A stretch of DNA of 64,000 bases. Origin: Octopus vulgaris (taxonomy: Eukaryota). Position numbers and translations under genes: made by a program. The stretch is taken from contig OX597836.1 in NCBI GenBank assembly GCA_951406725.2, forward strand, positions 30,566,001 through 30,630,000, given 5' to 3'. Below, piece after piece: positions 23,721 through 37,500 of this stretch; the stretch's first letter is position 1; every line of letters begins with the position of its first letter. A model generated the notes under the pieces. The model made no database searches and was not told the DNA's origin. It was given only the letters and a program-made list of their open reading frames with translations.

Positions 23721-24348
23721 TATACACATACATACACACATACTGAGAGAGAAAGAGATTAGAAAATGTAAACAGACAGTACATTTTAATCAAATAGCTT
23801 CTTCTCTCTACTCACAGACTACAGAACAAACGATATATTTATCCCCTTTAAGCAGAAGTCGTACAGTTTAATCTTGAAAAACAAAATGGTGGAACATATG
23901 AAAAGTAACCAGCAATAATTTGCTGCAAGCTATGAAATATAAGGTAGGCAGTAAAACACATTTCAATTTTTTTTTTCTTCTAAAAATGTCTTTTTGCAAC
24001 TATATTTCATTACCAATACATAAATAACAGAGAAAGAATCCAGTTATATCTTGAGTCATTTTTTTTTCCCTCTCATTGAAGCAATAAAACAAATGGAATA
24101 ATTCCCAGCAACCGAACACCATGTCTCTAAGAATAAACAAACAATATTATCATTCTTCCACAATGACATAGACAGTTACAAGTAAAAGTGAAGAACTTTT
24201 ATCTTGTTCTTATAGACTGCAAAAACCATTTGTCAAAGAGCCCCTTCCATGTTCTGTAATCTGGCAAGCAATGAAGAAACAAGATGTGAACAGTATATTG
24301 TTTATGAAAGGTTTCACCAACTTCATGCACTCTGATTATGTAAACACA

Positions 24349-24725
24349 AGCATGGGTGTGTGGTTAAGAAGTCACAAACTACATGGTTCCAAGTTCAATC
24401 CAACTGTGTGATACTTTGGGTAAGTGACTTATACTTGTAACCTAAAGCTCACCAATTCTTTGTAAGTGGAATTTAATAGACAGAAATTATGTAGAACCTG
24501 CACCATATGTATGTGTCTGTGTGTATTTGTTTATGTGTAATGTTTGACACTACAAACAGCACTCAGTTAAAAGACCAGTAGTGTATCAAGAAGATTTATT
24601 AATTCAATAAATATGATTGATAAAGAACCAGACCAAAACAAGAACTGTGAGTTGATATGATCAATTAAAAACCCTTTAAGTTGATGCCCCAGTAAAGTCA
24701 CAGCCCATTGGCTGAAACCAGTAAA
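24349..24725 (+). mobile_element. SINE family A, degenerate
   Basis: catgggtgtgtggttaagaag...acatggttccaagttcaatcc...gctgaaaccagtaaa. Confidence 0.7.
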
Positions 24726-25352
24726 TGAACGTGTCAGAATCCTTGATTTCATTGCGTAGCATTATGGTTGTGAAGTTCAACAAGCATACAATCAAAGGTT
24801 TTTATTATATTTTTCAGGTATGATGTATACAAAACTGCATATGTCAGTATACAGGACAGCATTTGAACCTTAAAATAAAGTCACCCCAAAAACCAAGGGT
24901 TGCTGTAAATAAAAACTTTAGCGAAGACCAGCATAAATAATCCAAACACAGACCTACCAATAGTCTCATGAAGCGAGATAGAGTTTACAAATTAAAGAAA
25001 AAGCATAAGTGTATCAGCATGTATCAAGATATGTCTGGTAAAAGTACTTGGTAATAAGGACAATATTCCAAGTCACAGAAACACTGGGCTCTGCCTCACA
25101 TACCTCCCAATCACTGCACCAAGAGTGAATTAGTACCAGATAATCTTATACAGTAAGTGTAGCCCAAAGCCTACATTTTAAAAGGAAATTTGGGGGTTGG
25201 CTTACATAGGAGTCAGCTTATACACTAGCATTTATGTTATCCAATGTCTTTCCTTAAATAAGACAGTAGTGCAGTGATTCTCAATTTTTTTTTTTTTTAC
25301 TACATGGAGCATTGGAGGAAATCATATGCAAAGTATCCGGTACACTTTACAT

Positions 25353-25612
25353 AAAAAAAAAGGTAAAGTTCCTTCTCAAGTCATGTAGACTCATATGGCT
25401 GGTTTCCCAATTTCCATGGCATATATATTCCCCACCTGAATGGGATGCCGGTCCATTGCGGGATTGTTCATTTTTGCCACCTGAGTGAACCTGAAGTAAT
25501 GTGAAATGAAGTGTTTTGCACAAGAACACAACACATTGCCCAGTGCAGGAATCGAAACTACAATCTTATGATCATGAATCCAACACCCTAACCACTAAAC
25601 CATGCACTTCCA
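25353..25612 (-). mobile_element. tRNA-headed CORE-like SINE with TSD
   Basis: Minus-strand head tggtttagtggttagg...gtttcgattcc, then ttgtgttcttgtgcaaaacacttcatttcac; TSD acactt(t/c)acat at 25342 and 25614; + copy at 52464-52670. Confidence 0.8.
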
Positions 25613-26584
25613 CACACTTCACATGGAAAGTTTTAAAATGCTTTGCAAATTAAAAATTGAAAAAAAATAATTTGGTTTCATCCATCAAATTTGTATTTAA
25701 CAAAATTACAATTAACTCATTTTTTAAGACAAGCATTAATACGGGTTTTTCTCAAACCATAAGTTTATTTTTGTAAGTCCAGATTATACCTTGCAATGCA
25801 CCATTTAAAAGTCACCCAGCAGTATGTGAGTCAAGAGAGATATGGCTGTTATTTCTACTATGTCAAGTAACAATGTAAAGCAGATATAAGCATCTTTTTT
25901 CAAAGAACAGGACACATGAGACAAGTCTCATCATCAGGTGGGCCACTCAACTAAAAACAAAATCTTTTTTTTTTTTTTTGCTAGGAATACCATTCAGAAA
26001 GTTCCATGGGCTGCAGATTGCCCATGATAAATGTAAACATATTTTCAACACCTTCATATTACTTTGGTGTTACATAGGGGTGAGACACCTTCTTTTGGCT
26101 AGTACACCAGTCAATCACAAGTAACATTCCCCAAACAGTTGATACTTAACACCCCCCCCCCCCACAACTCACCAAATCAAATGCCAACATGGAAGCAGAA
26201 ACATTGAAAGGCTGGCTGCCAATGACATAAGATGTAACAGTGTCAATAATTATCTACTAGACCATCTGGTCTCTACATCATCTAACAGAGAGAAAACCTA
26301 TTTGAAATAAATTTTGTTTCACTTCATTCATCAATTCTAGAAAATAGGAGAGCGGAATAGGAGAAAAAAGTTATAACACCACTACCCCTCACCATCACCA
26401 TTTTTCTTTATCTTTCTGTATTCTGAGTACAAGTCTCTATGGAGACAACTTTGCCTTTTATCCCTCAAAGGGATGTTTATGGTGATGGAGGGCAACAGAA
26501 TACCTACCAGGCAGTATTCTTTGACTCTGTGCTCCTTCCCTCCTACTGTAGAAATTAGCTTGCAATTCACACATATTTAGATAT

Positions 26585-26632
26585 GTATGTAGAGAGAGAG
26601 AAAAAGAAAGTGAGAAAGGGGTGAGAGGGGGA

Positions 26633-26665
<33 letters not shown>

Positions 26666-26776
26666 CGTGCGCGCACACGCACTTGTGTACATGCATATCT
26701 ACATATTTTATTTATTCAAAGCTGAATTGCAACTTGGGGCTTCACATTCCCAATTTTATACACACACACACAACGA

Positions 26777-26819
<43 letters not shown>

Positions 26820-26820
26820 G
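26585..26820. repeat. (GA)n/(GT)n/(CA)n microsatellites
   Basis: Direct inspection. Confidence 0.9.
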
Positions 26821-27443
26821 TGCTGGTGCTTTAAAAAAACTATTAAAAACAGCAAAGGACATTAACTGGCAAAAAATGATTCAGTACCAAAGTAGAGTTT
26901 AAATATTTTATTATACATAAACACATAGCAACTGTGAAACTATGACTTCAAGTTTAGTCATTATCAGAGAAACTATATTTAAAAGGATTAATTGAATAAA
27001 ATAGACATTCCCCTCTATCATTTAATAAATAATAAAATGCAAAAGTAATTACACACACATATATATAACTTTATAAATTTTATATATGAACAGCTAAAAT
27101 TATAATGTACATTTCTTCTATTCACTATGCAAACTAAAAGAACTGTCAGTGTTTTAACAAAAAATAAAAAAACAGCAACAGCAAAATATCATAGCAAGCT
27201 AATTGCCTTTGCTGCACATATCAAGGTGATAGGTAAAGAGAGAGAAAAACACACTGCCACTTATATTAGTAGGTAACTTTCAGCTTGTTGGGTTTTGATC
27301 TACAGTTCATCTACACTATGTGTTGATTCTCTGATAAATACCTCTGTCTAATTTGTCTTCATCCCCTGCTGCCAGATCAGTTGAGTGGTGGATAGGGAAT
27401 CCCTTAAAAATAAGGCTGCTTCAGAAATTTTGAATAAGAAGCG

Positions 27444-27520
27444 ACCATATTCTCTGGTGTAAAAGTCAAATTTTTCAGACCAAAATTTACAGCCAAAAGT
27501 ACTAACTTATACACCAAGAT
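27444..27520 (+). mobile_element. Possible pogo/Tc1-like terminal fragment
   Basis: accatattctctggtgtaaaagtc...aacttatacacc resembles pogo-type TIRs; a similar right-end fragment at ~25190-25238. Confidence 0.3.
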
Positions 27521-28094
27521 GACTTTGGAGAATAAAAAATTTCATGTGAAATGCAGAAGGCTTTGGAAAGATAGTGAATGTTTGAATGATTGCACTACAT
27601 CTTAACACTATATATTCTATATCTATGTGTATGCCAGAAAATTCAGTACAAACTAAGGGTGAAGTATTCTGGTATGTGATAGGGATAACAATAGAGCCTG
27701 AACTACTCAAATGAATCCAAAACCAGAAATTTTAATGGCTGTTCCCATTGGATTTGTAGAAATACAATATTTAGTTTCATCTTAATTAGATCATAGTTCA
27801 ATAAAAACTTATCTATATCAACTTCATTATTCTTCCACTCCAAGATTAGAAAAAATAAGTACAACTAATTCTATACTGAGGTCAATTCAGTCAACTATTT
27901 CCCTCTGGCAAAAAGAAAATGGATTTTGTGCTAAATTGAAAAAATAAATAAATTTATATATAAAAGACTTTTTTTTATTGATTGTATTGTTAACATTAAA
28001 AAAAATAGTCTTGTTTTCTTCTTTTTTTTTTCATTTCATGAGAGAAATTTAGTAGATGGGAACTGTACACAAGCCCATTGTGCACACACACACA

Positions 28095-28446
28095 CACATG
28101 GTCTTAGATTTAGTCCTATTATGTGGCATCTTGGGCAAATGTTTTCTACCATAGCCCAGGCCAACCAGAACCTGATGGATTTGGAAGACAGAAACTGAAA
28201 GAAACCTCTTTTTGTGTGTGTGTGTGTGTGTGTATGCACGTGCACACTCTTGTAACTGGGCATCATCATCATACAAACAAGGTTGTTATGTTTCTAGTTT
28301 TCTGTGAAAAACATGCCCAGCTATAATAAAATTTTACCTTGCTTGGAAACAGGAAAAGGCTGGTGACAGAAAGAGCATCTGGCTAGAGAAAATTTGCCTC
28401 AACAAATTGCATTTGACCCATGCAAGCAGGAAAAAGTGGACATCAA

Positions 28447-28447
<1 letters not shown>
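28095..28447 (+). mobile_element. Chimeric SINE (A head plus C-like tail)
   Basis: Same architecture as 6392-6755. Confidence 0.75.
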
Positions 28448-28485
<38 letters not shown>

Positions 28486-29047
28486 TAGCCAATGTACTCA
28501 GTAATTCCTGGGAAAGCAGGGCTTATCTCTTAGTTCCATTTTCATAATTGTTTCGCTAATCCAATAACAATACAAAATATGTAACCTTAAAATGGTTTTT
28601 GTGCATTTACAGAGAATAGGGAACTGTCTTACACAGGATCTTGTTTTTAGGAATTCCCAATAAGTTATGAATACCCAAATTGTGAAGTCAGTTATGGTAT
28701 AACATGAAATTAGTTACCCGATAGTAAGAATTCAAATAAAGTAGTGAAGTTCTGCATCATCAAAAATGTAATGCAAATAATTTAAACTAAAGGGCACAAA
28801 CACTTTCAGACACACACACAACCAATTCAATCACAAAACTTCTATCAACCTGAGGTTATTGTAGGAGGCAGTTCAGTCTCACTGCATTGCCCAAGACCCA
28901 GCACAGTTGGACTGAACCTGAAACCATGTGGTTGAGGCCTATGAAATTAATTTCATGCCAAGAACAAAATCTGATTTCACTGTTTGAATTATTGTTTATT
29001 TACTGATGTGTATGCTCATTACTCATATGCACTGGTCAAAGAAATAC

Positions 29048-29131
29048 ATACGGTAAATTCTACTTTGCTGATGTGTTCATAATAAGACCAAAACATGTCT
29101 GAAACCGTTTGATATAACTGATGAAATATAA
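29048..29131 (+). ncRNA. Decayed minimal hammerhead-like motif (Penelope-type remnant), copy 1
   Basis: CTGATGT-gttcataataagacc-AAAAC-at-GTC; reverse-complement copy at 32286-32367 has CTGATGA. Confidence 0.45.
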
Positions 29132-29496
29132 CACTAATGGGTTTTTCCTACCTTACTGCATAGTTATATCTACTTAACTGTTTAATTACTCTTTACATGA
29201 AGTATTTCAATGCTAACTAAACTATTTATCTATTAGCCTACAAATTTGTTTCACTATGTGTTCATTTCTGCATTATGCAAGGAGTGCTTAAAAAATTCTA
29301 ACACTAACTTCATTACATAAATAGACAGTCACACAGATGGACAGACTGAATCATAAGCTTAGAAGTAATTATGTCATAAAAGAGAACAAGGAAGGATAAA
29401 ATGAGGATATAAGATGGGCTATTTAGTTTCTATTTCACTCAATAGAAATGGGGTACGAACCAACTAATTAGATAATTACAACACACAATCACACAC

Positions 29497-29550
<54 letters not shown>

Positions 29551-29561
29551 TGATGTATGTG

Positions 29562-29629
<68 letters not shown>

Positions 29630-29658
29630 TATATATGTATCGATGATGATGTATGTAC

Positions 29659-29689
<31 letters not shown>

Positions 29690-29714
29690 CATATATATAT
29701 GTATCGATGATGAT

Positions 29715-29755
<41 letters not shown>

Positions 29756-29836
29756 TAAATGTATCGATGATGTATGTGTATATATATATGTATATATATA
29801 TATGTATATATATATGTATCGATGATGATGTATGTG

Positions 29837-29871
<35 letters not shown>

Positions 29872-30040
29872 GTATCGATGATGATGTATGTGTATATATA
29901 TATATATATATGTGTGTATATATATATATATATATACACACATAGACACATGTGCATACATTTACATACTAGCATGTACATATGCACATACATATACATA
30001 CACACATATGCACTCACACATATATATATATATATACACA
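29497..30040. repeat. Higher-order microsatellite: six (gt)atcgatgatgatgtatgt anchors separated by variable (TA)n
   Basis: Anchors at ~29543, 29637, 29701, 29761, 29816, 29872. Confidence 0.95.
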
Positions 30041-30589
30041 CATATTTTTCTTTTTTGGTTTCATTCAGTCACTGATGTATGGCCATGTTGGAGCACTACT
30101 TCCAAGCATTTTTAGTCGATTATATCAACACCAGTACTTTACTTCGTCTGTTACTGATTTTATCGACCCTAGAAGAGGGCAACATTTCAGAGATTTGAGA
30201 CAAAGTATTTAGATGTCAGCAAATGAGATGGAGGAGAAAAAGCATTAAAATCATGTATAGAAGGAAATACAGTCTGTGTTACTGATACAGCTCATACTAA
30301 CATAACATACGTAGTAAAATGGACTTCAAATCAATGATTTTGCAAAGTATACAACAATAAATACAAAATTAGATGATGCGAGGCATTTCATGTCTGCGAG
30401 ATTCACTAATTAACAAATATATCACATTACATTACGTTTTACTTAGGGAATTTCCTGTTTTCATTTAATTAATGCAAAAAAGAAAAAGGAACAAAGAAAA
30501 AAAAAGCAATTTAATGTTGATCCTTTACACATGCACAAGTGTGTATCCTTGTATATATGTATTTGTGTGTATTATACAAATGCATAATG

Positions 30590-30960
30590 GACACATATAT
30601 ATATATATACACACACATACAGACATATATATACACACACATACATACACATATATACACACATACATACACATATATACACACATACATACACATATAT
30701 ACACACACATACATATATATACACACACACACACATACAGACATATATATATACATATACACACACATATACAGACATATATATATACACATACACACAC
30801 ATATACAAACATATATACACATACACACACATATACATACACCTACACATCATCATCGATCACATATATATATATATATATATAAACACACACACACACA
30901 CATATATATATATTTATACAGGCATACTCTGATGTGTACACATACACACAAACACACATT
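30590..30960. repeat. (TA/CA)n compound microsatellite
   Basis: Direct inspection; contains one inverted anchor catcatcatcgat at ~30848-30860. Confidence 0.95.
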
Positions 30961-31633
30961 TTAATTCCTAAATAAAAGAATTAGAGAAGCTTCATAAATA
31001 ACACTAAGAGGTATTGCAAAGTCTGTTTACAGAACAAGAATAACAAGCTATCATGTCCTCATGGAATTTGTTTGTTAAGCTTTAGGGAAAAATTCAAACA
31101 GCTTCAAACAAACACACACACACACACACACACGCAACCTACCCCACTAGCCCACCTGTCACCCACCCAAATCAATATGTTAAATCTAAATGCATTGTTG
31201 CCACATATCAAGTAATGCTTGAATTGGGAATAAAACAAATGATCAAGTATCAACATTAGACAAAGTAAATATTGGCTCAAGATCTTATATCAAATTCCTC
31301 ACTGATATAAATTATGATGGTGTCAAATTGTCAAAATTCATTTAAATTCCAAAGTGTTATAGAATCAACAGAAATTATCACTATCATCAAGACGGCAGAT
31401 TGGCAGAATTATTAGAGTGCCAGACAAAATGCCCTGCAGTATTTGTCCTGGATTTTTACAATCCAAGTCCAAATGCCACTATGATTGGTATAGTACTAGT
31501 CAAGTACTAGGTAAATTTAATTGATTAATCTATTCATACAGTATCTCTGGTCTTGTCCCCATATAAGAAATAATTATAATCATTATGATTACAATGATAC
31601 ATATACATACAAATACATAAATATGCATTCACA

Positions 31634-31636
<3 letters not shown>

Positions 31637-31669
<33 letters not shown>

Positions 31670-31752
31670 ATACAACATATTGTATAGATAAATTTCCTCT
31701 ATTTACATAATATTGAGGTCTCTTTCTTTCTTTTGTTATCTTACCGTTTTAT

Positions 31753-31785
<33 letters not shown>

Positions 31786-32054
31786 TTCAGCAAAATTTAG
31801 ATTCAGATGAATATGGTACTTAAGTTAAAGGCACCAGAATTTTGTATGGTATTATCCATATAAATCAAATGGGGTGATTATGAAATAAGTATAATGAAAT
31901 AAGTATAAAAATGTGCATTGTCTGTTTAATCAAAAAAATTCTATATGTGGCTGAAGATTGCTCAACATTTTAAAACTGATGTAATACTTTCAGTGTTTAA
32001 TAAAATGAAGTAACATGAAACGATTGTACTACACTACCTTGGATATCCTTGTTG

Positions 32055-32104
<50 letters not shown>

Positions 32105-32120
32105 TATACACACACACACA
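31637..32120. repeat. Three (TA)n tracts with short intervening repeat fragments (possibly Penelope-like tails)
   Basis: (TA)n at ~31637, ~31755, ~32057; degenerate ctgaaga...aaaac...gta motif at ~31951-31983. Confidence 0.5.
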
Positions 32121-32285
32121 TTTTTTAAATGCTCTTTGCTTTATATAAATAGAAATAAATACAGGGAAAGTCAGATTTGTAGGTTAATAGTTAGATCATT
32201 TATTTAGTATTGACATACTTCATGCAGGGAGCAATTAAAAGGTTAAGTAGATATAATTAAGCAGTATAGAAAAATCCCATTATTA

Positions 32286-32367
32286 TTATATTTCATCAAT
32301 TATAGCAAAGAGTTTCAGACATGTTTTGGTTTTATTATGAGCTCATCAGCAAAGTAGAATTTACCAT
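32286..32367 (-). ncRNA. Decayed minimal hammerhead-like motif, copy 2
   Basis: Minus strand: tactttg-CTGATGA-gctcataataaaacc-AAAAC-at-GTC-tgaaac; homologous to 29048-29131. Confidence 0.45.
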
Positions 32368-32539
32368 AAGTACTTCTTTCACAAGTACATATGAGTAATA
32401 CACACATATATATATATATATTTTTAAACTATGCAATACATCTATAAAATGATATTTTCTGGATGAAAAACTGAGCCTCTGACTTTACCACCGCACATTT
32501 AAATATGTTATATTAATCAAGTTTATATCCTCATTGTAA

Positions 32540-32755
32540 TTGTTTCAAATTTTGATACAAGGCCAGCAATGTTATGGGGGCAGGGCTTGTTGATTACAAC
32601 AGCCCCAAAACCTGACTGGTACTTCATTTTATCAACCCCAAAAGGATGAAATGAAAAGTTGGTCTCAGCAGGAATTGAACTCAGAATGTAAAGAACCAGA
32701 GAAATGCCACTAAGTATTTTGTCCAGTACAGTAAAGATTCTGCCAGCTTGCCACT
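32540..32755 (-). mobile_element. SINE family B, older
   Basis: ctggtacttcattttatcaaccccaaaaggatgaaa...gaactcagaat...gattctgccagcttgcc. Confidence 0.8.
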
Positions 32756-33151
32756 ATATAGATATATATACTTATTATAATGACCAGAAGAAAAACCATC
32801 CAGAGAGTAGTGTTTCGCCTTGTAATACTAATAATTTCTCAGAGTCACAAGAGCAGAAACTTATAAGGGTGTGGGAGGACAGTGAAGCCAATATATCAAC
32901 TCAAATACTTGACTGATAATACGATGAAAATTACAGTTGGCCCAGCCAGTATTTTTTAATACTTTATCATGGAGAGAAAAGCAGCACAAATTACTATTTA
33001 TCTGAGAGGTTCTGAAACTGGTGATATATAAGGAGCAAGCTATCCTCAGATTCAAGACCTGGTCCACAAATGCTTTTTAGAGTGAACTCTGCAAAAAACA
33101 CTGAAGGGACAGGTCAGGGTGTTGAACTCAAAGATAAAGATTCATAACATA

Positions 33152-33300
33152 AGCAAGGATGTAGTTGTGTGATAAGATGTTTGCTTCCCAAGCATATGGT
33201 TCTGTATTCAATCCTACTGTCAGCACCTTGAGTACCTATTACAGCTCCAAACCAAGCAAAGCCTTGTGAGTGGATCTTGTTGACTGAAACTGAAAAAAGC

Positions 33301-33340
<40 letters not shown>

Positions 33341-33590
33341 CACACACACAAACACATACATACATACACACACACATGTATATATCTGTGTGTATCTTTG
33401 TGTTTGTCCCCCACCACTGCTTGACAACCAACATTGATTTGTTTACATCCCTGTAACAGGGAGTTTGGCACAAGAGACCCATAAAGTACTAGGCATGACA
33501 AAATAAGTACTGGGGTCAATTCGTTCAATTAAAACCTTTCAAAGCAATGCCCCAGGATGGCTGTAGTCCAGTAGCTGAAACAAGTAGGTG
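33152..33590 (+). mobile_element. SINE family A with expanded internal microsatellite
   Basis: Family A head and 3' half around (TA)n(CA)n. Confidence 0.85.
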
Positions 33591-34064
33591 TAAAATATAA
33601 AAAAAACACAAATCCTTGCTACCAAATCTGCCAATCTGATACCAATAATTCAGTGACATTTGTGTAGTAAATACAGCCACGAAAGGCAAAAATACAAATT
33701 ATGATAACAAAATTGAGAGAGAAAAAAAAATTCCCAAAAATCAGTATATAAATATGAGTGGGGATAGTGGGCTATAGCAGAGAGAGAGCAAACAGATCAA
33801 TAACAGTGAACCAAACAGACATAGTTGTTCACGATACATAAATACATAATAGAGGGTAATAACACTAATTAAATGTTGCTGTCCCATTAGATTGTCACAG
33901 AATAAAGCAAGATGGCAGCAGAAGAGGAATAAAGATTTATAACATGAAATATAATATCAGTTTCCAATGATCATTTTCTCTTTTTTTCTTTCAGAAAGAA
34001 GGGACAGTACCAATAATGTTTGCTGAGCTTCATCCACAAGACTAGAGTGACCAATACGGTTTAA

Positions 34065-34261
34065 CCATTTAATATTCAGATTACTCTTTCAAATGTAATG
34101 CTTATTTATTCAATCTTTTGAATTTATCATGCATTACCTCTTAGCATCAAGATTTTTATGATGACATTGTAGGGTAGGTATGAAAGGCAGGCTCAGGCCA
34201 TTTTGAACATAAAAAAGACGGAATATTTGGGCCAGGTGTGGCCAGTATATATGTTAATGAG
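34065..34261. mobile_element. piggyBac-type MITE P1
   Basis: ttaa|ccatttaatattcagattactc ... gag|ttaa. Confidence 0.75.
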
Positions 34262-37142
34262 TTAACGTTCTGTTATTTAATCATCTCTAAGTTGGTGTCT
34301 GAGAGGTAAGAGTAGCAGATATTTTGGTGAAGAAGGATAGGATAAAGTGGTCGGTGCAGATTTTGGACGTTGCGAGACAGATAAATTATGTAATAGTCTT
34401 CAAAAAACCCTCTCAAAAAGATGGGTTGGCCATAGATAAAATGCTTCTGATTGTGGATCTGCTCAATTAGGGTTCATTAAAGGTTAAACAACTACAATAA
34501 AATTAACATGTAAAGCTAGATTAAATATATATCAGGCTAAAATGTCTTTTTTTAAATTGTCTTCAAGAGAAGCGGATATTCTGTAAAAATGATTGGTCCT
34601 CTTTTATTCAACTCATTTTATTGTTTAAAATTATGAGGTTTGATTGGCTGCAATCAGTTACCAGTTTCTAATGGGCTAATCACTGGGTCACTAGATTGCT
34701 GACCCAGAATGATAAAGGAGTGTTTGTATCTTAGTGCAGTTGTCATCTATGCCTGCTGAAATTATCAAAATATTAGTCATTCATTGACCTAATATTGTTT
34801 TTTGGTTTGTTTGTTTTTTTTCTCCCAATACATAATTATTTCTAGATAGCTTTTTAATGCTCTCTGCATTAAATAAATTAACACAAAATTAGCAGTTAGC
34901 CTGTCTTACCACATACCATAAATGTCTTAGTATTATATGCTATGATGCACAATGCACATCTAAAGTTTGAAGACTAAATTATCTTTAAAAGCATATAATA
35001 TTATGTATAGCTTGCAGTGTTGCACAACTGCAGCAAAAATGGATAATCACTGAAATCCAATATATCTGCCTTTAATTTCATTTTACATGAAAAATTTGTA
35101 TAAAATGGAAAATTGTTGAGAAAATAGTAAAACTTTATTACCTCATGTTTTTCTTAATAAAAGTGGGCAGGGGAAAATTTTGCAGTCTAATAAATACCAG
35201 GTGAACATAAAATTTGATTTTAGTGAAAAAATACCTATTATACATAGATGTCTTAAAAGTAACTAAATACCTTATTTTATATATATAAATATAGATGAAT
35301 GGATGGATCGATGGGTAGATAGATAGACTGACAGAGAGATGAGTAGTATGGATTCAAAGAATTGTGCAGCTATCACAGTAAGCTCCTTTCACAGACTCAG
35401 CTTTCAGTCCACATTGTAATCACTTATAGTGTAATGTAAAGTAACCATGTAACTAAAAATCTCAAAAATCCAAGTGTTAAAATGATGCTGTAATAAGTAT
35501 GTAAAGCATAAAGTCAGAAAGCATGAGGTGAACATATATATATATATTATTTAATCACGTGATTTCCATAGGATTATGGTTGTTTTGCAACCTCCTTCAT
35601 ATAGTATTAATTTCAATATGCAAGAAAAATTGTGTACAGGTTTGTATTAACATGTATGCCCAGCATTATACAATACAACTGCTAATTCACAAATTTAGGC
35701 AAATAAAAAAAGCTGGCTCATCAGATCACCAAACCATCATAATTACATCAACATATTATACACACACACACACACATACACACATAAAGGGTGCCTGTTT
35801 ACTTTTGAAATGTCTGTATACATGGAGTTTTACAAATTTCTCGATAACTTTTTAATGTTCTCTGCATTAACTTAATTATACAACTACATCTTATAAAAAG
35901 TTTTCCCTGTTTTCGCCATTCAGTATATTACCACATCATAATTATTTTATATCTTATAAAAAGTTTTCCCCATATAGTTATATTACAAATACACCATAAT
36001 TGTACGTGATTCATATAACAAATTTAACCAATATTTAAAAGCCAAGCCAATATTATAAATTAATGTTATCCAGTATTAAGTTCAAACATTTTATTGATGT
36101 ACTATTTTGACTACCATCATTAGTGATAAACAGTTTGTTAACTCATAAAGCTTGGATATCAAATCCTGCTACTTTTAATATCTTCATTAAGAATAACTAA
36201 ATGTGGTAATAGTTAGTTGAAATGCTTTAAACTTCAGGTCAATTTAATAACTGTATTGATTTACAAGTATCATTAAAGATTGGTTCTAACATATTCAGCC
36301 TTTCATTAATTAATATAGCCTCAATTTTATATCTTAAGCTCCTTCCTTCCTTCCTGATGCCAACCACTCATGCATGAGGTGAGAATATAATAACTTTCAA
36401 GCACTAGATCTCGTATTCTATTATCACTACTGTCTTTCAGATAACTATCCTGGTCTTTAAGCTATCTAGCAATGAAATCACTTCAGGGGATCTTTCTAAC
36501 AATGTCTGCACATTTTTTTTTACTTTTTAATTAATGTGATTATTTCACATATTTCCTTCATGGAGACACACTAAACTCCATTGGTGAATAGATTTTCATA
36601 AACATTTAACAGACTCAGACTATTGAAAATGGAATGTACATTCATAGATATACAAGGATGAACAAAATCATTAGAGTGTCAGAGAAATGCTCTCTGCGGC
36701 ATTTAGTTATGACTTCTTTACATTCTGAGTTCAAATTCCACCAAGGTCAACTTTGCTGTTCATCCTTCCAGCAATGAGAGAATAAAGTACTAAGTACTTC
36801 AGTCAATTTAATCAACTACATTCATCCATCAAATTTGAGTTATTAGTAAATAATTAATTTTAAAACTTATTTTAATTATTAATCTGTTTCTTAATCATGA
36901 TACAAGAAACTTCCACATTTATAATAGGTGGTACTTAGGCATAACTGGTACTGTAGTATTTAGATATTCAAAATGTGATCATGTAAAGGTATTGGAAGAG
37001 CATACTGCCAATGATAAGGTCACAGGCAATGACAAAAGGATTTTGACTATTTATTTATTAACTAATTATCTAATTAACTGATAACAAAATGACTATCCCG
37101 AAAACACAACAATTTAAAAATATTCTAATATAATTACAACAT

Positions 37143-37500
37143 AGGTGCAGGAGTGGTGATGTGGCAAAAAGGTTTGCTTTCCAACCACATGGTTCCGAGT
37201 TCAGTCCTGCTATATGGCACCTTGGGCTGACTAAAGCCTTGAGTGGATTTGGTAGAAGGAAACTGAAAGAAGCCCATCTTGTGTGTGTGTGTCTGTCTGT
37301 CCCTACCATTGCTTGACAACCGATGTTGGTTTGTTTACAACCCTGTAACTTAGCGGTTTGGCAAAAGAGACTGACAGAACAAGTACCTGGCTTTAAAAAC
37401 ATAAGAACTGGGATTGATTCATTCAACTAAATTTCTTCAAGGTGGTGCCCCAACATGGCCACAGTCTAATGAGTGAAATAAGTAAAAGAATAAAAGAATA
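37143..37500 (+). mobile_element. SINE family A
   Basis: ggtgcaggagtgg...ccacatggttccgagttcagtcc...gtaaaagaataaaagaata. Confidence 0.88.

Noticed and set aside
28484-28750. Helitron/Helentron-like start (actagcc..tactcagtaattcctggg) after a (TA)n tract
   Set aside because: Too degenerate; no convincing 3' hairpin or terminus and no second copy in the window.
29543-29892. CRISPR-like repeat-spacer appearance
   Set aside because: Spacers are (TA)n of variable length rather than unique sequence; no cas genes; eukaryotic context.
29439-30964. Longest ORFs in the track (up to 200 aa, Y/I/H/T-rich)
   Set aside because: They are translations of (TA)n/(CA)n microsatellites, which lack stop codons in several frames.
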